Of a stretch of DNA of 64,000 bases, positions 57,988 to 64,000 are shown one piece after another. How positions within the stretch are numbered: the stretch's first letter is position 1; each line of letters begins with the position of its first letter. The notes beneath the pieces are model-generated. The model searched no databases. It had not been told where the DNA came from and saw nothing but the letters and a program-made list of their open reading frames with translations. The translations under genes were made by a program, and so were the position numbers. Origin of the DNA: Candidatus Sumerlaeota bacterium (GTDB lineage: Bacteria; Sumerlaeota; Sumerlaeia; JADFCW01); contig JADFCW010000001.1 in assembly GCA_017161705.1 (NCBI GenBank), forward strand, positions 4,521 to 68,520, written 5' to 3'.

Positions 57988-58672
57988 GCCGTTGCCGGAC
58001 CTCGGCACAGCCCTCGGCGACAAGCTGCAGTTTTCCGACGACCTGCAGGCCCGCATGGTCGCCCAGCTGCGGCTGCGCGAATCGGGCATCCCGCCCAAGT
58101 ATCTCGGCAAGGATTTTGAGAATTTTCTTGCCCGCGACAAAGTGCGGAGGGACCTTCTGGCCGCCGCCCAAGGGTACGTCGAAAGTTTCAACCTCACAGA
58201 CAAGACCAAATATTTCGGCCTTTTTTTCCAGGCCCCAACCGGCGCCGGGAAAACGCATCTGGCCACGGCGATCCTGAAAAACGTGATTTTGAAAGGCTAT
58301 TCCGGCGTGTATTGCAACGTCCCGCGCCTTCTCGAACTTCTCCGCGAACTCATGTACGACCGCGCCCATTACGACGAGCGCGGTTTTCTCGCCCGATGCG
58401 AAACTGCCGATCTCGTTGTTCTCGACGATATCGGCACGGAAACGGTCAGCGGCTGGGTCCAGGACCGCCTCTATCTGCTGGTCAATCGGCGCTATGAGGA
58501 CATGGGGCGCACGATTGTGACGACCAACTGCGACGAGGCCACGCTGCGCGAGCGCGTGGGCGAGCGTGTGGAATCGCGACTGATCGAAATGTGCAACAAC
58601 CGGTGGGTATTTCCGCAGGAGGACTATCGAATGAAAATGTGGGGCGCCCCGCCGACGGCCTCGCGAAAATAG
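57959..58672 (+). CDS. DnaC/DnaI/IstB-family AAA+ ATPase (helicase-loader-like)
   Basis: Walker A QAPTGAGKTHLATAI, Walker B LVVLDDIGTE, sensor TIVTTN. Overall DnaC architecture. Confidence 0.8.
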   Translation: MSKKPSNPNEPLPDLGTALGDKLQFSDDLQARMVAQLRLRESGIPPKYLGKDFENFLARDKVRRDLLAAAQGYVESFNLTDKTKYFGLFFQAPTGAGKTHLATAILKNVILKGYSGVYCNVPRLLELLRELMYDRAHYDERGFLARCETADLVVLDDIGTETVSGWVQDRLYLLVNRRYEDMGRTIVTTNCDEATLRERVGERVESRLIEMCNNRWVFPQEDYRMKMWGAPPTASRK

Positions 58673-58752
58673 ATTTGTTCTTTTGGCGAAAGCGGAGCAG
58701 GAAGGATGCGAGCTGCTTCCTGCGCGGAAAACAAGGTCGGGCACACCAGCCG

Positions 58753-60150
58753 TCAGCCGCCTTTGGTCCGCGGTTTGTCTATTCCGTATTCTTCCATTTT
58801 TCGATAAAGGGTCTTGCGGCTCAAGCCAAGGAGGCGGGCCGTTCTGGCGCGATTGTCGCCGGTTTGCTGCAGCGTGGCCAGAATGATCTCGCGCTGGGCG
58901 TCGTCGAGGCTGGTGCCGATGCGCAGGCGGATTTCCGGCGCCGGGGCATTTAGAGCCGCCGAGGGAGAAGCCGCCCGCACGTCGGCCGGCAGATGCTCCG
59001 GGCCGATCTCGGTCTCCGAGGGTCCGGCCATGATCACCGCTCCCTCGATGGCGTTGCGCAGCTGGCGCACATTTCCCGGCCAGGGATAATTCTGCAGGAT
59101 CGCCATGGCCGCCGGGTGGATTCGGACAAGGTTCTTGCCGTTGGCCTGGGAGAATTCGGCCAGAAAGGCTTGGGCGAGCAGAGGAATATCCTCGCGGCGC
59201 TCGCGCAGGGGCGGCAATACAATGCTGATCACTTTCAAGCGGTAGTAGAGGTCGGAGCGGAACGAGCCGGCGGCAACCATTTGTTCGAGGTCGCGGTTGC
59301 TGGCGGCGATAATGCGCACATCCGAGTGGATGATCTCGGTTCCGCCGACGCGCTCGAAGCGCCCGGTTTCGATGACGCGGAGAAGTTTGACCTGAAATTC
59401 GAGAGAGGTTTCGCTGATCTCGTCGAGAAACAGTGTTCCGCCATCGGCCAGCTCGAACCGCCCCGGTTTCTGTTTCACCGCCGAGGTGAACGCGCCGCGT
59501 TCATGGCCGAACAATTCGCTTTCGAGCAAGGTGGGGGCCAGCGCGCCGCAATTGACGGGGACAAACGGTCCCCGGCCCACGCGGTCGGAATGTTGGTGAA
59601 TGGCCCGCGCGATCAACTCCTTACCCGTTCCGCTTTCGCCCGTCAGAAGAACGGTCGCCCGTGTCGGGGCGACCTGGCGGACCTGCTGAAAAATCCGTTG
59701 CATGGCCGGCGACTGGCCGATGATGCTCTCGAAACCATAGCGGGCGCTCAGGGCCTGCCGCAGAGCGAGGTTCTCTTCGCGCAGACTCTTTTCCGTCAGC
59801 ACGCGGTCCACAAGGGCCGACAGTTCGTCAATGTCTATGGGCTTGGTCAGGTAGTCATAGGCGCCCTGTTTGAGCGCATCGCGCGCACTGGCGATGGTGC
59901 CGTGGCCCGTGAGGATCACGACTTCGGTGCCGGGCGATTCCTGTTTGACGCGCTTGAGAAGTTCCAGCCCGTCGAGACGGGGCATTTTCAGATCGGCGAG
60001 CACCAGATCAATGGGTTCGGCGCGAGTGATCTGAAGCGCTTCCTCGCCGTCAGCCGCCATACGAATGTCCAACGACCGGTTCTGCAGGGCCAGCCGCAGG
60101 CCCTCGCGCGTGTTTTTTTCATCGTCCACAATCAAGATTCGCCGTCGCAC
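58753..60150 (-). CDS. Sigma-54-dependent response regulator (NtrC family)
   Basis: REC domain (phospho-Asp in LVLADLKMP). Sigma-54 AAA+ domain with GESGTGKE and GAFTSA motifs. C-terminal Fis-type HTH. Confidence 0.9.
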   Translation of the reverse strand: MRRRILIVDDEKNTREGLRLALQNRSLDIRMAADGEEALQITRAEPIDLVLADLKMPRLDGLELLKRVKQESPGTEVVILTGHGTIASARDALKQGAYDYLTKPIDIDELSALVDRVLTEKSLREENLALRQALSARYGFESIIGQSPAMQRIFQQVRQVAPTRATVLLTGESGTGKELIARAIHQHSDRVGRGPFVPVNCGALAPTLLESELFGHERGAFTSAVKQKPGRFELADGGTLFLDEISETSLEFQVKLLRVIETGRFERVGGTEIIHSDVRIIAASNRDLEQMVAAGSFRSDLYYRLKVISIVLPPLRERREDIPLLAQAFLAEFSQANGKNLVRIHPAAMAILQNYPWPGNVRQLRNAIEGAVIMAGPSETEIGPEHLPADVRAASPSAALNAPAPEIRLRIGTSLDDAQREIILATLQQTGDNRARTARLLGLSRKTLYRKMEEYGIDKPRTKGG

Positions 60151-60182
60151 GGCAGAACCCCTTTGCTTTTGAGGGAATTTGT

Positions 60183-60214
60183 CGGGCGCGTCGGACGTAC
60201 CGGACGGGTCCGAC
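60183..60214. repeat. 9-bp-periodic pentamer repeat array E (4 units)
   Basis: CGGGCgcgTCGGACgtaCCGGACgggTCCGAC, in the HK-RR spacer. Confidence 0.5.
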
Positions 60215-60237
60215 GTGCACAGTCGTTTGGGGGTGCA

Positions 60238-61482
60238 TTACGCTTTGGGCAATAAGCGCACCGGCCGCTGGCTCAGCGGCAACCGCATGCGCACGCGCGT
60301 TCCTCGCCCGACCTCGCTTTCGATTTCCACTTTGCCGTCATGTTCGCGCAGGATTCGATAGACATTCATCAGGCCCAGACCTGTTCCCGAGAACTTTGTG
60401 GTATAATAGGGCTCGAACACCTTGCCCAGGTTCTCCTGAGCAATCCCGCAACCCGTGTCCACGACCTCGATCAATGCATCGTCGCCGTCTATGCGGCAGG
60501 TGACCGCGATGGAGTCCTTTTTTGCCGGTTCTGTTCCGTCTCCGGCTTTGCGCTTCTCCAGAATGGCCTCGATGGCGTTGCGAATCACATTGACGAGGGC
60601 GCGCTCGATTTGGTCGCTGTCCAGAAGGATCGGCGGCAAGTCGGCATCGCAAACGACCTCGAGAGCGATGTCGGCCTGCCGGCATTCGGGGAGGAACATC
60701 CTAGCAACTTTTTCCACCAATTCGCGCAACGCCACTTCTGCTTTTTCCGGGTCGGTGGGCCGCACGGCGCCGAGAAACTCATCCACGATCCGTGTCATCC
60801 GACGCGTTTCTTCGAGAATCACCCGCAGCGAGGCTTCGAGCCGGTCCAGTTCGACGGTCTGGCCGCCATTGCGGACGCCGGCGATCATCCGATTGGTCAG
60901 CTGGGCATGGATTTGAAGCGAGTTCAGCGGGTTCTTCAATTCATGGGCGATGCCGGCGGTCAACGTGGCCAGCGAAGCGATGCGTTCGGCCTGGCGCTCG
61001 CGCAGTTCCGCGCGGCGGGTTTCCGTCACATCGCGCAGGACAAACACCCGCGAGAACAGCGAGCCGTCCTGACTCTCGACCGGATAGCTGGTCAGCTGCA
61101 GCGTGATGCCCGCAAAACAGGCCGGCCGGAAATCCTGTTCGACCCGCTGGGGTTTGGAAAAATCTGTTCTGGCGACAAATTGAAAGATTTCCGGCACCGA
61201 AATATGCGCGAGAAGCGACTCGCCGGTCATGCGACGCCGCGGGGGAATACCCAGCCAGCGTCGCGCCCGCGCATTGCAGGTCAGAATCCGCAGCTGCGAA
61301 TCGGTGACGACCAGGCCTTCCTGCAAATTCTCGAAAATGACCTCGAGCAATTGCTTTTGGGCGAGGTACTGCTGGAGGGCCGCTTCGATCAGGCGCGGGT
61401 CGGCCCGCCCGATACGTTCGAGCACGCGGCCGGCAAATCCGCTTTGTTTTTTGGTTTCCGGCGACATAAAATTCATTCCCAC
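60238..61482 (-). CDS. Cytoplasmic PAS-domain sensor histidine kinase
   Basis: PAS fold, HisKA H-box (GIAHELKNPL), HATPase_c N/G boxes (NAIEA, DTGCGI, GTGLGL). No TM segments. Confidence 0.85.
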   Translation of the reverse strand: MGMNFMSPETKKQSGFAGRVLERIGRADPRLIEAALQQYLAQKQLLEVIFENLQEGLVVTDSQLRILTCNARARRWLGIPPRRRMTGESLLAHISVPEIFQFVARTDFSKPQRVEQDFRPACFAGITLQLTSYPVESQDGSLFSRVFVLRDVTETRRAELRERQAERIASLATLTAGIAHELKNPLNSLQIHAQLTNRMIAGVRNGGQTVELDRLEASLRVILEETRRMTRIVDEFLGAVRPTDPEKAEVALRELVEKVARMFLPECRQADIALEVVCDADLPPILLDSDQIERALVNVIRNAIEAILEKRKAGDGTEPAKKDSIAVTCRIDGDDALIEVVDTGCGIAQENLGKVFEPYYTTKFSGTGLGLMNVYRILREHDGKVEIESEVGRGTRVRMRLPLSQRPVRLLPKA

Positions 61483-61703
61483 ACAAGCAATGGAAATGCA
61501 TACCTTGAGACAAACGGTGTGTCAAAGGGAAACACATTTGGCGCGGGCGATGTTTTACACCATTGAATTTATTTGTCTTATAAGATACTTCTTACCTTTT
61601 CTTTTTCTTGACGCAAGACGTCGTTCTGCCTACCTTTTTTATCATAATAGATAGACCGCTGCGGCGGTTATCCCGATTTTTGGCGGTTGCGGAGGTGTTG
61701 ACC

Positions 61704-62021
61704 ATGCCTGTTTATGAATATCAGCATACGGGCGAGGGCTGCGGCCGCGGCAAATGCTTCGATTACTTTCAACATATTGACGACGCGCGTCTGACGCAAT
61801 GCCCCGATTGCGGCGGGCCGGTCGAGCGCATTATTCCGCGCGGCATCGGCATCAACACGCCCACCACCGATAGCGAGCTGAAGAGCATGGGTTTTGCCAA
61901 GCTCGTACGGCGCGACGACGGTGTTTATGAGAACGTCACCGCGCTGGACGGTGAAAGCAAAGTCATGGAACGCGGCAAGCCCGAGACCATGCCCGATATC
62001 AAACGACGGATTCGCGACTGA
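61704..62021 (+). CDS. FmdB-family zinc-ribbon putative regulatory protein
   Basis: MPVYEYQH...C...C...CPDCG matches the FmdB zinc-ribbon consensus (MPxYEYxC...CPxCG). Confidence 0.7.
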   Translation: MPVYEYQHTGEGCGRGKCFDYFQHIDDARLTQCPDCGGPVERIIPRGIGINTPTTDSELKSMGFAKLVRRDDGVYENVTALDGESKVMERGKPETMPDIKRRIRD

Positions 62022-62035
62022 GATCACACCATTGG

Positions 62036-62086
62036 CAGGGGAGAGGGCGCGGTGGGTCCGCTCCTTCCCCTGTTCGACCCTTTTTA
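62036..62086 (+). terminator. Putative intrinsic terminator after the FmdB-like gene
   Basis: Imperfect long hairpin (CAGGGGA...TCCCCTG with an inner GCGG/CCGC) followed by CCCTTTTTA. Confidence 0.35.
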
Positions 62087-62214
62087 CCAGACCTTGTCTC
62101 GGGAAAAGATAACAATCATCCGCTTTACCCCTTTCCGGCCAAAATTCTATTTGCAGCCGCCGCCATCGCAGCATAAACTCTTCTTACGATTTCTTACGGA
62201 AAGCGGACACGGCT

Positions 62215-63039
62215 ATGCTTCCGCCCAAAATCCGCACGCGCCACCTTGCCGAGATGAAATCGCGCGGCGAGAAGATCGTGATGATCACCGCGTATGACTA
62301 TCCTACCGCACGCCTGGCCGACCAGGCCGGCGTGGATGTGATTCTCGTTGGCGACTCCGTCGGCAGTGTTGTCCTTGGCCTTCGCAATACGATTGGCGTG
62401 ACGCTCGATGACATGATCCACCACAGCGCGGCGGTCGTGCGCGGCGTCGAACGCGCGCTCGTCGTTGCCGATATGCCGTTCATGACTTACAAGATCGCTA
62501 TGGAGCAGACGCTGGCCAATGCCGCGCGCCTGATGCAGGAGGGCTCCGTCGAGGCGGTCAAGCTCGAAGGCGGCGAAGAGATCGCTCCGACGGCGGCCCG
62601 GCTGGTCGCCGCCGGCATTCCCGTCATGGGCCATATCGGTCTGACGCCGCAGTCGCTGCATCAGCTGGGCGGCTATCGGGTTCAGGGGAGGAGCGAGACC
62701 CAGGTTGCACGGCTTGTGGCCAACGCCCGCGCTCTTGCCGATGCCGGCGTGTTTGCCATTGTTGTCGAGCTGGTGCCCTCGGCCGTCGGCCGCAAGGTCA
62801 CGCGGGAAGTGAGCGTTCCCACCATCGGCATCGGCGCCGGACCCCATTGCGACGGCCAGGTGCTCGTGCTGCACGACCTGCTGGGGCTTGGCACAATGCC
62901 CAAGCGCTTTGTCAAAACCTATGCCCGACTGGACCGTGTGATTGCGGATGCGGTCAGGCGCTACGCTGCGGATGTCCGGGCGGGGCGGTTTCCCACGGCG
63001 CGGCACAGCTTTGCCCTGGCGGCAAAGAAAGGGGCCTGA
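62215..63039 (+). CDS. panB: 3-methyl-2-oxobutanoate hydroxymethyltransferase
   Basis: ITAYDYPTA, VILVGDS and GHIGLTPQS motifs. Confidence 0.9.
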   Translation: MLPPKIRTRHLAEMKSRGEKIVMITAYDYPTARLADQAGVDVILVGDSVGSVVLGLRNTIGVTLDDMIHHSAAVVRGVERALVVADMPFMTYKIAMEQTLANAARLMQEGSVEAVKLEGGEEIAPTAARLVAAGIPVMGHIGLTPQSLHQLGGYRVQGRSETQVARLVANARALADAGVFAIVVELVPSAVGRKVTREVSVPTIGIGAGPHCDGQVLVLHDLLGLGTMPKRFVKTYARLDRVIADAVRRYAADVRAGRFPTARHSFALAAKKGA

Positions 63040-63043
63040 GTCC

Positions 63044-63916
63044 GTGGCTGCTCCGGTCGTTGTCCCGCTGAAAATCACCGCCGATTTGCGCCGGCGCATT
63101 GCGGCTGCTCTGGCCGAGGACGTCGGCACGGGCGACGTGACGACGCAGGCTGTTGTGGGGCCGCACGAACGTGGCCGCGCGGTAATCCTTGCGCGCGAGC
63201 GCGGGATTCTCTGCGGGCTGCCGGTTGCGGCCGAGGTGTTTTGGGCCGCCGACCGCCGTCTGCACATGCGACACCTCCGGCAGGAAGGCGATGCCGTCTG
63301 CGACGGCGACGAAGTGTTCGAGGTGGCCGGAAATCTTGGGGCCATTCTCAAGGCCGAGCGTTTGGCGCTCAATTTCCTCCAGCGCCTGTCCGGCATAGCG
63401 ACGCTGACACGCTGCTATGTCGAGGCGCTTTCGAGCAGCAAGACGCGCATATTTGACACGCGAAAGACCACGCCGCTGTGGCGCGACCTCGAAAAATATG
63501 CGGTGCGGGTCGGCGGCGGCTGCAATCATCGGTTTGGCCTCTACGATATGGTGCTGATCAAGAACAATCACGCCGACGCCGCCGGAAGCCTGAGCGAAGC
63601 GATCCGCCGCGTGCGCCGTTGGCTGGAGCGCCAACGCCGCCGTCTTCCCGTCATGGCCGAGGTTCGCAATCTGCGCGAGGTACGCGAAGCCGTGGCCGGC
63701 CGCGTGGATATGATCATGCTCGACAACCTGTCGCCTAAGCAGATGCGGCGGGCGCTGCGCGAAATTCCCTCCGGCATTCAATCCGAGGCGTCGGGCGGCA
63801 TGACCATCCGCCGCGTGCGTGCGCTCGCCCGGTTGGGACTGGATCGCGTCTCCGTCGGAGCGCTCACCCACTCGGCTCCTGCCATGGATTTTTCCCTACG
63901 TTATCGCAAAGCCTAA
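63044..63916 (+). CDS. nadC: Nicotinate-nucleotide pyrophosphorylase (quinolinate phosphoribosyltransferase)
   Basis: GTG start 5 nt after the panB stop. ERLALNFLQRLSGIAT, DTRKTTP and IMLDN motifs. Confidence 0.85.
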   Translation: MAAPVVVPLKITADLRRRIAAALAEDVGTGDVTTQAVVGPHERGRAVILARERGILCGLPVAAEVFWAADRRLHMRHLRQEGDAVCDGDEVFEVAGNLGAILKAERLALNFLQRLSGIATLTRCYVEALSSSKTRIFDTRKTTPLWRDLEKYAVRVGGGCNHRFGLYDMVLIKNNHADAAGSLSEAIRRVRRWLERQRRRLPVMAEVRNLREVREAVAGRVDMIMLDNLSPKQMRRALREIPSGIQSEASGGMTIRRVRALARLGLDRVSVGALTHSAPAMDFSLRYRKA

Positions 63917-64000
63917 GGATCGCGCCCGATGGGCCGTTCCCGCCACGCGTCCTCTGTGAGATGCGCCGAACGAGCAGGCTAAATCCGCACGGGCATAAAG

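Noticed and set aside
57887-58672. IstB-like ATPase as an IS21-family remnant
   Set aside because: No IstA-type DDE transposase, terminal inverted repeats or target duplication are visible. The upstream partner looks like a DnaD-like wHTH protein, not a transposase. A phage origin cannot be excluded, so I kept it as a finding rather than a mobile-element call.
58993-61566. 420-aa and 408-aa plus-strand ORFs opposite the NtrC-type RR and the histidine kinase
   Set aside because: Antisense to genes with canonical REC/sigma-54/HTH and HisKA/HATPase motifs.
62194-63396. 400-aa minus-strand ORF across panB/nadC
   Set aside because: Arg/Ser/Pro-rich low-complexity sequence antisense to two well-conserved biosynthetic genes.
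1-64000. CRISPR arrays, rRNA/tRNA genes, transposases/integrases
   Set aside because: No regularly spaced 25-40 nt repeats with unique spacers and no tRNA T-arm consensus appear in the few non-coding gaps. No DDE or tyrosine-recombinase proteins occur among the ORFs.

Overview
This is a high-GC (~65%) bacterial chromosomal window with no rRNA, CRISPR, transposase or integrase. Its gene content (TAT-signal Gfo/Idh/MocA oxidoreductases, ThuA, a Cys-type sulfatase, bactofilin, PFOR) resembles Planctomycetota or Verrucomicrobiota. In order it holds: a sugar ABC importer fragment; two glycosyltransferases and a bactofilin; a lipoprotein, an ExeA/GspA-like AAA+ protein with a peptidoglycan-binding domain, a GspB-like protein and an acidic hypothetical; a two-domain sugar ABC ATPase and KDPG aldolase; a four-gene MacA, MacB-ATPase, FtsX-permease, TolC efflux operon; a TAT-MocA oxidoreductase, a purple-acid-phosphatase-like esterase, signal peptidase I, ThuA and a second TAT-MocA; a Wza-like polysaccharide exporter; a molybdate/tungstate-type ABC transporter; a TAT sugar-phosphate isomerase; a pyruvyl transferase, a GT4 and a mini c-type cytochrome; the ribosomal/SRP operon ylxM-ffh-rpsP-KH-rimM-trmD-(SPOUT-like)-rplS; a secreted hypothetical; pyruvate:ferredoxin oxidoreductase; an arylsulfatase diverging from a radical-SAM/SPASM enzyme; xylB; an IMPase-family protein; ptsH-ptsI; yitJ; dnaX-ybaB followed by a DnaD-like plus DnaC/IstB-like pair; an NtrC-type two-component system; an FmdB zinc-ribbon protein; panB and nadC. 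The six-frame track contains many long spurious antisense ORFs, as expected at this GC content. The most unusual signals are (i) at least six arrays of a (T/C)(G/C)GA(C/T) pentamer repeated at a strict 9-bp period, each in a short spacer between co-oriented genes, (ii) two tandem tiny Lys/Ala-rich ORFs with shared ribosome-binding-like motifs and their own minus-strand terminator in an otherwise empty 1-kb gap, and (iii) a radical-SAM/SPASM gene divergent from a Cys-type sulfatase. Some coordinates that I indexed from the printed text disagree by 1-2 nt with ORF-track arithmetic; CDS bounds follow the ORF track and repeat coordinates are approximate.
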